Shown here in pieces: positions 25,701 through 39,544 of a DNA stretch of 64,000 nt. Position numbers and translations under genes: made by a program. The notes beneath the pieces are model-generated. The model was not told the DNA's origin. It ran no database searches and saw only the letters and a program-made list of their open reading frames with translations. This DNA comes from Octopus vulgaris (taxonomy: Eukaryota). The first letter of the stretch is position 1; every line of letters starts with the position of its first letter. The stretch is from NCBI GenBank assembly GCA_951406725.2, contig OX597843.1, positions 7,626,001 to 7,690,000 on the forward strand, read 5' to 3'.

Positions 25701-26701
25701 CATGTATGTTTGTGTGTCTGTGACTGTCCCCCTAACATTGCTTGACAACCGGTGCTGGTGTGTTTATGTCCCCGTTACCTAGCGGTTCGGCAAAAGGAGA
25801 CCGATAGAATAAGTACTGGGCTTACAAAGAATAAGTCCCGGGGTCGAGTTGCTCAACTAAAGGCGGTGCTCCAGCATGGCCGCAGTCAAATGACTGAAAC
25901 AAGTAAAAGAGTAAAAGAGTACTCGCGTGTATGTGCGCACGCACGCAGCTGTATATGCATGCACTAGCACTATGACCCGGCGTTGCCAGGTCATAGTGCT
26001 AGTTACAAATAAAATACTATTTTTTAATATACTAGCAGTATCGCCCGGCGTTGCTCGGGTTTGTAAGCATTTTTAGAGATGTAAAGTATAATAGCCATCT
26101 CAATATGGCTAACCACAAAGGGGGGGTTACTGTAGCTTTTTACGTTTTGAGATTTAATAATAAATTTTTAGAGAGTTACTTCCCTTATATATGCCAAAAA
26201 TGCATTAAAAATGAGAAAAAATTATGGTAAATTTTTTTTTAAATCGTAGACTCATCGTAGACGCGCGCTAATAGCCAGAAGGGCTCGATATGAATCACGA
26301 CTATAAGATACCCGCTTTTGGTTAAACTGCACCGCAAAATGTGGGAGTAGTTAGGAATCTAAATCGTAGGAGACAGACAGCACACAACCTTACTTTTATA
26401 TATAAAGATTTGTGTCAAATTGGCAAGTTCAAATTGCTCAATCTATTAATATAATTGTAACTGCGAACATTAATTTAGAATTTAAAGTAATAACAGGGCA
26501 ATTAATTAGTGCAATTAATGTTATCATAAAGAGTAACAATGAATACACCGAAATTGGGCTAAATATTGTAAATTTATACGGATCAGACTGTATGGATTAT
26601 GGATTATGTGTGATTCTTATATCTCAATAACCGAAAACCTCAGTCAAATTAGTCACATTTAAAAATAAATTAATATAAAAACAAAATACATATTCACATA
26701 C

Positions 26702-26792
26702 CAATACCAAATTGCAACCGCCATTACCGTGATTAGGACCATCAACAGAACCAATGGAACTATCACAAAAACCAGGTTATTCTCTGTTTTTT
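26702..26792 (-). CDS. RPTP exon: transmembrane helix ([30 protein letters not shown])
   Basis: Acceptor tttccag, donor GTATGT, 91 bp, phase 1-2. About 23 hydrophobic residues, followed by basic KKR in the next exon. Confidence 0.9.
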
Positions 26793-26811
26793 CTGGAAAT
26801 TGAAAAATGTA

Positions 26812-26972
<161 letters not shown>

Positions 26973-27256
26973 GGCGGCGAACTGGCAGAAACGTTAGCAC
27001 GCCGGGCGAAATGCGTAGCCGTATTTCGCCTGCTGTTACGTTCTGGGTTCAAATTCCTGCCGAGGTCGACTTTGCCTTTCATTCTTTCGGGGTCGATAAA
27101 TTAAGTACCAGTCACGTACTGGGGTCGATGTAATCGACTTAATCCGTTTGTCTGTCCTTGTTTGTCCCCTCTGAGTTTAGCCCCTTGTGGGTAGTAAAGA
27201 AATATATATATATATATATACACACACACATATACATATATATATACACGCACACG

Positions 27257-27304
<48 letters not shown>

Positions 27305-27305
27305 C

Positions 27306-27336
<31 letters not shown>

Positions 27337-27345
27337 CATATATAC

Positions 27346-27396
<51 letters not shown>

Positions 27397-27516
27397 CGCA
27401 TACATGTGCATATGAGTGTGTGTGTACAAACATGCACACACGCATATTTATACACACATGCATATGTATTATACATATAATATACGTCAGTATTTACGCG
27501 CATACCTATGTACATA

Positions 27517-27557
<41 letters not shown>

Positions 27558-27563
27558 GTATGT

Positions 27564-27604
<41 letters not shown>

Positions 27605-27629
27605 GTATATATATATGTACATATATGTG

Positions 27630-27677
<48 letters not shown>

Positions 27678-28279
27678 AGAGTTTACGAAAAAAACAGCAG
27701 ACGAAGACAGGTGGTGTAGAAAACAAACAGATGTATTTGTGTAACGCTCAGGAATAGAAAAAAGGCTTTTACGTTTCGAGCCTACGCTCTTCTACACAAA
27801 AGGACACAGAAAAAAATCAAGGAGAGAAACAAGGAGAGAAAATATGCCTTTATTCAGGAAAAGAACTTTTCGTAAAGACCTTTGTTTTCTTTTGTAGGAA
27901 TATGTCGTCCAAGGGGGCACCAGTTTTGCGCTTTTACCGGTTGATGATTCTGAGTGTTATTTGTGTTTATATACGAATGTTCTTGATTTGGCTTGTCTTA
28001 CCACTTTAGTACTTTTCATTTCCAAAAGTGCAATTGTCTTTATGGAGACTTTGCTCTTTCCGATATTGGAGAAGCAATCAATAGTTTAATGAAAATAGAG
28101 AATATACATAGACTAAGGCGCAGGAGTGGCTGTGTGGTAAGTAGCTTGTTTACCAACCACATGGTTCCGGGTTCAGTCCCACTGCGTGGCACCTTGGGCA
28201 AGTGTCTTCTACTATAGCCTCGGGCCGATCAAAGCCTTGTGAGTGGATTTGGTAGACGGAAACTGAAAGAAGCCCGTCG

Positions 28280-28325
<46 letters not shown>

Positions 28326-28469
28326 CGACGGGCTTCTTTCAGTTACTAAAATGGTAATTAATATTAATTAATATAATTAATATTATATATTATATTATAT
28401 TTTACTATAAAATTGGATTCAATCCTAAATCTGATTTTTCCCTGTAAATTTGGATTTATTCCCTAATAT

Positions 28470-28533
<64 letters not shown>

Positions 28534-28804
28534 ATATGTCTATATTTGTCCCCCCAACATCGCTTTGCCAACCGATGGTGGTGTATTTACGTCCCTGTAA
28601 CTTAGCGGTTCGGCAAAAGAGACCGATAGAATAAGTACTAGGCTTACAAAGAACAAGTCCTGGGGTCGGGTTGGTCGACTGAAGGCGGTGCTCCAGCATG
28701 GCCGCAGTCAAAATGACTGAAACAATTAAAAGAGTAAAAGAGTAAAGAGTAAAGAGTAAAGAGTATTAAATCAATTATACAGAATTTGATTATATTAGGT
28801 TAAC

Positions 28805-28948
28805 CTTCTTGAAAGGATCTTTCTTGGCAGTCGGATCCATGGAACCCTTCATTGCATTTGCCTGGACACGATCCAGTGATGTGGTTACATGTTTGGGAAC
28901 AATGACAAAGCTTTTGGCAATTTTGACCAAACAAGCCCCTGGAACATT
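28805..28948 (-). CDS. RPTP exon: EGF-like repeat (CSRGLFGQNCQKLCHCSQTCNHITGSCPGKCNEGFHGSDCQERSFQE)
   Basis: Acceptor tttcag, donor GTTAAC, 144 bp, phase 1-1. Confidence 0.9.
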
Positions 28949-29017
28949 CTGAAATAAAACAAATGTTATTAATGAATTGCTATTATAAGAGCTTTATGAT
29001 GTTATATGAGTGGTTTA

Positions 29018-31360
29018 ATCTCTCTATATATAAACGGCAAAATGTCTGTGTGTGTGTCCTTTATACAAATCCACAATTTTTCAGTTAGAGGGCTCGCACT
29101 TTCTATGTTCATTCAAAACCGTCCAAGGGTGGTGGTGCACATCTTTACATTTCCCCAGTCACCCCGTAAATCTCTCTATATATAAATGGCAAAATGTCTG
29201 TCTGTGTGCGTGTCCTTTATACAAATCCACAATTTTTCAGTTAGAGGGTTTGCACTTTCTATGGTCATTCAAAACCGTCCAAGGGCGATCGTGCACATCT
29301 TTACATTTCCCCAGTCACCCCGTAAATCTCTCTCTATATAAACGGCAAAATGTCTGTGTGTGTGTCCTTTATACAAATTCACAATTTTTCAGTTAGAGGG
29401 CTCGCACTTTCTATGGTCATTCAAAACCGTCCAAGGGTGGTGGTGCACATCTTTACATTTCCCCAGTCACCCCGTAAATCTCTCTATATATATACAGCAA
29501 AATGTCTGTCTGTGTGCGTGTCCTTTATACAAATCCACAATTTTTCAGTTAGAGGGCTCGCACTTTCTATGGTCATTCAAAACCGTCCAAGGGCGATCGT
29601 GCACATCTTTACATTTCCCCAGTCACCCCGTAAATCTCTCTATATATAAACGGCAAAATGTCTGTGTGTGTGTCCTTTATACAAATTCAGAATTTTTCAG
29701 TTAGAGGGCTCGCACTTTCTATGGTCATTCAAAACCGTCCAAGGGTGGTCGTGCACATCTTTACATTTCCCCAGTCACCCCGTAAATCTCTCTATATATA
29801 AACGGCAAAATGTCTGTCTGTGTGTGTCCTTTATACAAATCCACAATTTTTCAGTTAGAGGGCTCGCACTTTCTATGGTCATTCAAAACCGTCCAAGGGT
29901 GGTCGTGCACATCTTTACATTTCCCCAGTCACCCCGTAAATCTCTCTATATATAAACGGCAAAATGTCTGTGTGTGTGTCCTTTATACAAATTCACAATT
30001 TTTCAGTTAGAGGGCTCGCACTTTCTATGGTCATTCAAAACCGTCCAAGGGTGGTCGGGAACATCTTTACATTTCCCCAGTCACCCCGTAAATCTCTCTA
30101 TATATATACAGCAAAATGTCTGTCTGTGTGCGTGTCCTTTATACAAATCCACAATTTTTCATTTAGAGGGCTCGCACTTTCTATGGTCATTCAAAACCGT
30201 CCAAGGGCGATCGTGCACATCTTTACATTTCCCCAGTCACCCCGTAAATCTCTCTATATATAAACGGCAAAATGTCTGTGTGTGTGTCTTTATACAAATT
30301 CAAATTTTTCAGTTAGAGGGCTCGCACTTTCTATGGTCATTCAAAACCGTCCAAGGGTGGTCGTGCACATCTTTACATTTCCCCAGTCACCCCGTAAATC
30401 TCTCTCTATATAAACGGCAAAATGTCTGTGTGTGTGTCCTTTATACAAATCCACAATTTTTCAGTTAGAGGGCTCGCACTTTCTATGGTCATTCAAAACC
30501 GTCCAAGGGTGGTCGTGCACATCTTTACATTTCCCCAGTCACCCCATAAATCTCTCTATATATAAACGGCAAAATGTCTGTGTGCGTGTCCTTTATACAA
30601 ATCCACAATTTTTCAGTTAGAGGGCTTGCACTTTCTATAGTCATTCAAAACCGTCTAAGGGTTGTCGTGCACATCTTTCATTTCCCCAGTCACCCCGCAA
30701 ATCTCTCTATATATAAACGGCAAAATGTCTGTGTGTGTGTCCTTTATACAAATCCACAATTTTTCAGTTAGAGGGCTCGCACTTTCTATGGTCATTCAAA
30801 ACCGTCCAAGGGTGGTCGTGCACATCTTTACATTTCCCCAGTCACCCCATAAATCTCTCTATATATATACGGCAAAATGTCTGTGTGCGTGTCCTTTATA
30901 CAAATCCACAACTTTTCAGTTAGAGGGCTCGCACTTTCTATGTTCATTCAAAACCGTCCAAGGGTGGTGGTGCACATCTTTACATTTCCCCAGTCACCCC
31001 GTAAATCTCTCTATATATAAACGGCAAAATGTCTGTGTGCGTGTCCTTTATACAAATCCACAATTTTTCAGTTAGAGGGCTCGCACTTTCTATGGTCATT
31101 CAAAACCGTCCAAGGGCGATCGTGCACATCTCTACATTTTCCCAGTCACCCCGCAAAGCCATTAAAAAATCAATAGAAGTGACATTTTGTGAATTTTCTA
31201 TCCAAAACCCAATCAAAATGCCCAAAACTTGATACGCCAATTGAACGCCAGCTAGCTGTATGTGATTGGTCGGAGATTTGGACAGTATTCGCGTGTATGT
31301 GCGCTCGCACGCAGCTGTATATGCATGCACTAGCACTATGACCCGGGTTATAGTGCTAGT
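29018..31360 (+). mobile_element. Non-autonomous Helitron with its 5' ~153-bp segment tandemly amplified ~14 times
   Basis: Each unit starts A|TCTCTCTATATATAAA. The array ends in unique sequence, then hairpin CTAGCACTATGACCCGGGTTATAGTGCTAG|T. Confidence 0.75.
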
Positions 31361-33649
31361 ATAATATAAAAGGTTATCTCTCTTAGCGTTGCAGACACTA
31401 GATGGGGGTAGATATATACTTGATCCCTCATTGCATTTCTGGTTTGGGCAATGAAAACATCAGTGTAGTTAATACTTTGATGTTAATAAGATCAAACATG
31501 GCTTGTAAAAAAAAAAAATGCAGAAATATAAAATACTAGCAGTATCACCCGGCGTTGCTCGGGTTTGTAAGGGAAATAACTATATTAGTATTTTTAGAGA
31601 GTTACTTCCCTTATATAAACCGAGCAAAAAATGCATTAAAAAAACGAAAAAATGATGTTAAATTTTTTTTTAAATCGTAGACTCATCGTAGACGCGCACT
31701 AACACCCAGAAAGTCTCGATATGAATCACGACTATAAGATACCCGCTTTTGGTTAAACTGCACCGCAAAATGTGGGAGTAGTTAGGAATCTAAATCGTAG
31801 GAGACAGACTCTCACACAACTTCAGTTTTATATATAAAGATAAATAATTATATGGAATCAAGAGTAGACAAACTACTTTTATTACCTTTTGTATATTATC
31901 CATCCATTTTGAGTAGTTTTGTGGAATTATTTATTGACAAAATATATTAATAAACAGAAATATATAAATAAATATAAGCACACCTCAATTCTGTATGGTT
32001 ATGGATTTTCTCTGCAAATGCATTGCATGGAATAGAATTTAATTTCATCACAAATTTCATAAATTTCAGTAGAGCAATATTAAAATATTTTTTTACTATG
32101 ACAGAATTAAGGTGTTAACCAAATATTTCAGAAATAGCACTAAAACATATCAAAATATCCATATCTCTCATTGATACGTAATGTTATTACTTTGTGTTCA
32201 TTGACATTGAGAAATTTCATCCAGATTACCTGGTTGCAGGTATGATTGGGGTCAGATTCTCATTCTAAAGATAGCAGAAACTATCCACTACTGTTTCAGA
32301 CCATACCTTCTTTTGCATTGTGGAGGCGCAATGGCCCAATGGTTAGGGCAGCGGACTCGCGGTCGTAGGATCGCGGTTTCGATTCCCAGACAGGGCGTTG
32401 TGAGTGTTTATTGAGCGAAAACACCTAAAAGCTCCACGAGGCTCCGGCAGGGATGATGGTGATCCCTGCTGTACTCTTTCACCACAACTTTCTCTCACTC
32501 TTACTTCCTGTTTCTGTTGTACCTGTATTTCAAAGGGCCGGCCTTGTCACTCTCTGTGTCACGCTGAATATCCCCGAGAACAACGTAAAGGGTACACGTG
32601 TCTGTGGAGTGCTCAGCCACTTACACGTTAATTTCACGAGCAGGCTGTTCCGTTGATTCGGATCAACCGGAACACTCATCGTCGTAACCGACGGAGTGCT
32701 TCCATCCATCTTTTGCATAATGCCACTGCTAGCTAACGGTTACAAAGAAAAAGAGTTCTCTATGGGGGTCAACAACACGATAGAGCAATATAAGTAACAT
32801 TTTTAACATACTTTCACATAAAAACTATAATAGAATCAATGGAAGCACTCCGTCGGTTACGACGATGAGTGTTCCGGTTGATCCGAATCAACGGAACAGC
32901 CTGCTCGTGAAATTAACATATAAGTGGCTGAGCACTCCACAGACACGTGTACCCTTAACGTTGTTCTCGGGGATATTCAGCGTGACACAGAGAGTGACAA
33001 GGCCGGCCCTTTGAAATACAGGTACAACAGAAACAGGAAGTAAGAGTGAGAGAAAGTTGTTTTGAAAGAGTACAGCAGGGATCACCACCATCCCCTGCCG
33101 GACCCTCGTGGAGCTTTAGGTGTTTTCGCTCAATAAGCACTCACAACGCCCGGTCTGGGAATCGAAACCTCGATCCTACGACCGCGAGTCCGCTGCCCTA
33201 ACCACTGGGCCATTGCGCCTCCACCCTTTGTAATACAGGTACAACAGAAACAGGAAGTAAGAGTGAGAGAAAGTTGTTTTGAAAGAGTACAGCAGGGATC
33301 ACCACCATCCCCTGCCGGAGCCTCGTGGAGCTTTAGGTGTTTTCGCTCAATAAACACTCACAACGCCCGGTCTGGGAATCGAAACCGCGATCCTACGACC
33401 GCGAGTCTGCTTCCCCTAACCACTGGGCCATTGCGCCTCCACAAAAACAATAATAGAATCAATATCTCATTGGAAACAGTCGAAAGTAATGGAATTAATG
33501 AGGCAGATTAATTAAATAAGGCTGGTAAGGGTTAATATTCTTAAAAATTTTTTGAATATGGATATTTGTTGGAACTGACATAAGAAAGGTTTGCATGAAA
33601 ATCTAATAATCCCTTAGTAATATTATTGAGCATGAAAAGTTTATCTAAC

Positions 33650-33790
33650 CTTCGCATTTCCTGAAAAACTTGTCCCAGTAATATCCTTTAACGCAACCTT
33701 GCTTACAACCCATGACTTGATCACATTTAGAACCTTCACAAAATTTGCAGCGTTCCATACACATATCTCCATAGAATCCAGCAACACATT
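33650..33790 (-). CDS. RPTP exon: EGF-like repeat (CVAGFYGDMCMERCKFCEGSKCDQVMGCKQGCVKGYYWDKFFRKCE)
   Basis: Acceptor atttcag, donor GTTAG, 141 bp, phase 1-1. Confidence 0.88.
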
Positions 33791-33831
33791 CTGAAATAAC
33801 AAAAATGATTAAAAAAATATCGTGGTAACTC

Positions 33832-34297
33832 TATGTAAAACTAAGATAAAACTTAGATATGTTTCGACCACAGATTGGTCCAGGCCATGTCTAACTTAAT
33901 AGCACCACCTGATAGGATTATCTAAATCCTGTTTATGTAAAACTAAGATAAAACTTAGATATGTTTCGACCACAGATTGGTCCAGGCCATGTCTAACTTA
34001 ATAGCACCACCTGATAGGATTATCTAAATCCTTGTTTATGAAAAACTAAGATAAAACTTAGATATGTTTCGACCACAGATTGGTCACATTTAGAACCTTC
34101 ACAAAATTTGCAACGTTCCATACACATATCTCCATAGAATCCATCAACACATTCTGAAATAACAAAAATGATTAAAAAAATATCGTGGTAACTCTATGTA
34201 AAACTTAGATAAAACTTAGATATGTTTCGACCACAGATTGGTCCAGGCCATGTCTAACTTAATAGCACCACCTGATAGGATTATCTAAATCCTGTTT
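33832..34297. repeat. ~100-bp local tandem repeats containing a partial duplicate of the adjacent EGF exon
   Basis: Repeated TAAGATAAAACTTAGATATGTTTCGACCACAGATTGGTC; exon copy at 34084-34153. Confidence 0.8.
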
Positions 34298-34704
34298 AAG
34301 TCAAGTTTTTTTTGGGGGGTGGGGGAGCACTCCGTCGGTTACAACGATGAGGGTTCCGGTTGATCCGACCAACGGAACAGCCTGCTCGTGAAATTAACGT
34401 GTAAGTGGCTGAGCACTCCACAGACACGTGTACCCTTAACGTAGTTCTCGGGGATATTCAGCGTGACACAGAGAGTGACAAGGCCGGCCCTTTGAAATAC
34501 AGGTACAACAGAAACAGGAAGTAAGAGTGGGAGAAAGAGTGGTGAAAGAGTGCAGCAGGGTGCGACACCACCCCCTGCCGGAGCCTCGTGGAGTTTTAGG
34601 TGTTTTCGCTCAATAAACATTCACAATGCCCGGTCTGGGAATCGAAACCGCGATCCTATGACCGCGAGTCCGCTGCCCTAACCACTGGGCCATTGCGCCT
34701 CCAC

Positions 34705-35030
34705 TTAAGTTTTGTTTATGGTCCATTCAAGTAGTGAGTTTTTGTTGGGTGAGTTGTATCCATTTATGAGTGGCTTATCTGGTATTCCTTGAAGGAATCT
34801 ATCCAGACTCCGTTTAAAGTTGATGGGATCCTTTTCCTCTTTGATCTCTTTCGGGACAATGTTAAATAGGGCAGGGCCTGTTGAGGAAAAGAAATTATGT
34901 TGCAGTGTACATGTATGCTGTGATCTTGAATTGGGCAGGGGGCGTATGGCCCGTGGTCCCAGTCTTGGATGAACCTTGAAGCTAATGTTCAGGTCGTTTG
35001 GGCAAAGTTGGCGGTATATTCTCCCCATCG
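34705..35030 (-). mobile_element. LINE (CR1/L2 group) 3' end fragment
   Basis: Translates to GPALFNIVPKEIK...FKRSLDRFLQGIPDKP...NSLLEW. Confidence 0.7.
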
Positions 35031-37231
35031 TACAACTGTATTGCACTAACGTTAGTATCAAATATTCAGTTGTAATATTTCATAGAATGATTACGGTTTA
35101 AATTTAATAATAATTGGCGTGTCTCTTCATGTCAATGATACATATATAAATATACTAGCAGTATCGCCCGGCGTTGCTCGGGTTTGTAAGGGAAATAACT
35201 ATAAAGCATTTTTAGAGCGTTATAGCCAAAAAACAGCCAAAAATGCATTAAAAATGGAAAAAAATTATGGTAAATTTTTTTTAAAATCGTTGACTCATCG
35301 TAGACATTTTTAGAGAGTTACTTCCCTTTATTTAAAAAATATGCTTTAAAATGGAAAAAAATTATGGTAAATTATTTTTAAAATCGTAGACTCATCGTAG
35401 ACGCGCGCTAATACCCAGACGGGCTCGATATGAATCTCGACTATAAGATACCCGGTTTTGGTTAAACTGCACCGCAAAATGTGGGAGTAGTTAGGAATCT
35501 AAATCGTAGGAGACAGACACTCACACAACTTCACTTTTATATATAAAGACTAGCAGTATCGCCCGGCGTTGCTCGGGTTTGTAAGGGAAATAACTATATA
35601 AGCATTTTTAGATAGTTACTTCCCTTATAGATGCCAATTCGGGCTTTCTTAGCCATTTCTGTTTTGGTGTCTTCAAGCCATGAAGTCGTTGTTCTAAAAG
35701 AACGCTGGTCTCCTTGACAACGCATAACGACGGTGATTTCCTTAAAATCCCTTCCCCACAGCTTCACGAGGGAGGGAAGAAGGGGGAGAAGCAAACACAG
35801 GTGCAGGTGTTTGAGCGTGGACGCCAACTCCGCCGTCATCGACACACGAAAAATTATGCATTAAAATGGAATAAAAAATGATGTTAAATTATTTTTAAAA
35901 TCGTAGACTCATCGTAGACGCGCGCTAATAGCCAGACGGGCTCGATATGAATCACGACTATAAGATACCCGCTTTTGGTTAAACTGCACCGCAAAATGTG
36001 GGAGTAGTTAGGAACCTAAATCGGAGGAGACAGACACTCACACAACTTCACTTTTATATATAAAGATAAACTGATAACTATAAATCCTAAACGCCTGCAT
36101 TCAGTTAATCATTAGTACGTCGGACAAAATGCTGGTGTGTTTATGTCTCCGTTACTTAGCGGTTCGTCAAAAGAGACCGATAGAATAAGTACTGGGTTTA
36201 CAAAGAATAAGCCTCGGGATCGAGTTGCTCGATTAAAGGCGGTGCTCCAGCATGGCCGCAGTCAAAATGACTGAAACAAGTAAATATATATATATATATA
36301 TATATATAATAAATAAATAAATGCACCCTTTTAAAGTCTAGCCAGGCTCATGGGCCCGGTTTCCCGGTTTTTATGGCGTACGTGTTCCCCAGCTGGATGG
36401 GACGCCAGTCCTTCGCAGCGTTACTCATTTCGTCTTTACATTCTGAGATCAAATTCCGGTGGGGTCGATTTTTACCTTCCCGGGCGAAAAGATAAGTGCC
36501 GGTCAAACTATGGGGTTGATGTAATTTACTAGACCCCTCCTGCAAAATTTCAGGCCTTGAAAGATAACATTAGACATTTTTTAATGATCTTAAACCATAC
36601 ATCATCATCATCATCATCATCGTTTAACGTCCGTTCACCATGCTAGCATGGGTTGGACGGTTCGACCGGGGATCTGGGAAGCCAGAAGGCTGCACCAGGC
36701 TCCAGTCTTATCTGGCAATGTTTCTGCAGCTGGATGCCCTTCCTAACGCCAACCACTCCGTGAGTGTAGTGGGTGCTTTTTACCTTACTACCTCCTCATC
36801 ATCATCATCATTTAACGTCCGTTCTCTATGCTAGCATGGGTTGGACGGTTCGACCGGATATCTGGGAAGCCAGAAGGCTGCACCAAGCTCCAGTCTTATC
36901 TGGCAATGTTTCTGCAGCTGGATGCCCTTCCTAACGCCAACCACTCCGTGAGTGTAGTGGGTGCATTTTACCTTACTACCTCATCATCATCATCATCATT
37001 TAACGTCCGTTCTCTATGCTAGCATGGGTTGGACGGTTCGACCGGGGATCTGGGAAGCTGAAGGCTGCACCAGGCTCCAGTCGAATATTTGAATACACAT
37101 CATCTTTCCAAATCATGGAAAGTAGAATAAGATGAGTGATTGAATGTGCGTATGTAATGATATATGAATATATACATAAGCACATACATGCATACATACG
37201 TATATATGTATATACATACATATATACATAC

Positions 37232-37319
<88 letters not shown>

Positions 37320-37322
<3 letters not shown>

Positions 37323-39300
37323 TAGTTATATTTCGGAATGGTCATATTGCCAGTTTAGCCAATAAAAACACACGCACTATATATTTGGTGTTATTTTGCT
37401 TCAGTGATATTTATTTTTTACATTAATCTTAATCTTATTTCGGCCAAAGTTCTTTCGTCACACTCCTGTGACCGCATCAGTGGTCCTTTGTTTTCTTCTC
37501 ACTTACTTGTGTCTCTCCTTACTAACCGTCAGCCATTTTGTATTTCTATTGTATGTCTTCATTTGCGCATGCTTATATCTCTATGTGCGTCTATGTTTAT
37601 TTAGTGTGTGTGCGGGGGGGGTGGTGCCTGTAATATTTGTATCTTCTGGTTATATACATTCTTGTAATTTGTATTTTGTTTTTGTTGTTGTTGCTTTTGT
37701 TCTAATTTTGTTCATGTGTTTACATCCACCCATTATTATCATTACATATGCTTGTATGTATGTATAACAACAAAATTAGTAATAAAAATAATAAATCTAA
37801 TCGAAAAAAAAAAAAAGAATATACATATACATATATATACATACACATACATATATACACACATATATACACATATACATATACATATATATACACATGC
37901 ACATATATATAGATATTCATTTCTATTTCTTTAATTACCTGTGTATTTATTATGTTTGCAGGATCCACTATTGTCATATGTTGTGGTGTGCGCTATTGCT
38001 CCATTCTAGTTTTCTATTCAGGCTAGGTTTATTTTCTATTATATGTGTAGCTTCTGTAATTTGTCTAATTGTTGCATCTGTTCTATGTGTGGACAATATC
38101 TTAATCTCTATGTTATTGATTGATCCCCCGTGTTCTTGTTCGGCGTGTTGGTACAGAATCGATGAGCTTTTACCTTCCTTGAGTTGTCTCCAATGTTCAT
38201 TCACCCGCTCACCAATGCTTCTTGCAGTTTCCCCTACATATGTTACTGTCTTGTTACTGCATCGTCCCTCTATGCATCTTATACTATAGACCACATTTCT
38301 GGCTTTACAGTTCGTTTGTGGGCTAAATCTACATACAGTGCAATAGTTATCCGTACAGAGAGTTCTACTAAAAGGATAGCTTCTACCAATTATAGATCTG
38401 ATAGGGTTGCCTGGCTTTTCAACAACCTTAATTCTTAGTTTAAGTTTATCTAGGGTCCTTCTAAAGCGGTACGCTAGTTCACCTCCAGGGGTGGTGTCAA
38501 CGAACATGACACTCTGGTATTTATGGCTATCATACCAAGAGTTGGCCTTCCCTATTTTCTTTTTTGTCCTTTCTATAGTGTTCCATGACTTGTTCCTATA
38601 GAGTGGGCAAATCCCATTCCTATCATTACATAATATATTATCAAATTTCTTCATGGCTCCTTTGTATACTCTGATCCTTTCTTTATGGCTGTAACCTGAG
38701 AACTGCATGCGGTGAATGAAATACTGTATGTGTCTCTTTAATTCTGTAGGCTCGCACATGCGTGACACATTTCTCATTATTCTGATGAGGTCTGCCATCA
38801 AAATATTGAATTTGGCATTGCCCGCAATGGCTGAGTTCCGGTGGATCAGGTATTTTGAGGCCATAGGTTTTGCATAGTATGAATGAAGGATTTGGGTTTA
38901 TTTTTCACAATTTCTAGCCAGAGTTCAGTGTCTAGTACTGGTAGTCTATGGTTGGGGTGTTTAGTGGGGTAGTCTATTGTGACCTTAATACTCTGGTGGA
39001 TGGAGTTAGCTATTTGCTGGATGCTCTCCATAGTATTAGTTTCTATTACTATATCAACAGTACTCTCTTGTGGGGGTGCCTTTACTACTATATTGATATC
39101 ATCAACATAGCGAGAGTACATGTTTACGAGTATGGATTTCTGCAGTAGGCATTCTTTAAGCCTTCTGTCCCACCATACCATGAAGAGGTTGGCCACATCA
39201 CCAGTGATACTAATACCGATGGCTGCCCCCTCGTCCTGGGCATATATTTTATTATTAAATTTAAATGTGTGGCCTTTTAGGGTAACTCTTATACTAGCTC
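37320..39300 (-). mobile_element. 5'-truncated Penelope-like element (RT C-terminus + GIY-YIG endonuclease, frameshift near 38860, 3' pseudo-LTR)
   Basis: GIxITG...YSRYVDD...LPVLD RT motifs; VVYSIRC...YVGETARSIGERVNEH GIY-YIG motif; ORF ends at 37974. Confidence 0.92.
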
Positions 39301-39483
39301 TAATTGATCGATACTATTCTTATAAATCAATATTTTAAAAATTAATAGTTATCGCTATACTAATATGACATTCTTTAAATATAAGAACAAAGCTGTCGCT
39401 GATTAGCTCCAAGAGGCCACCACCTCAAGCTAGCTACTTGGACACACAAATTGCGTCCGTTATTAAACCTTCGAACAGGGGAG

Positions 39484-39544
39484 GTCTGACTACGCTGCAT
39501 TGAGAAGGGGCAACAACCCTGAAACCTGTCTGTAGCTGTCGGAC
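39484..39544 (+). ncRNA. Type I hammerhead ribozyme fold, U3-A8 core variant; second intact copy at 41254-41314
   Basis: GTCTGAC-tac-GCTGCA TTGAGAA GGGG-CAACAA-CCCT GAAAC-CT-GTC TGTAGC-t-GTCGGAC. Stems I and II pair by eye; GUC triplet present. Confidence 0.65.

Noticed and set aside
31984-32011. 28-bp micro-exon candidate
   Set aside because: Phase 1-2 would break the frame between two phase-1 EGF exons.
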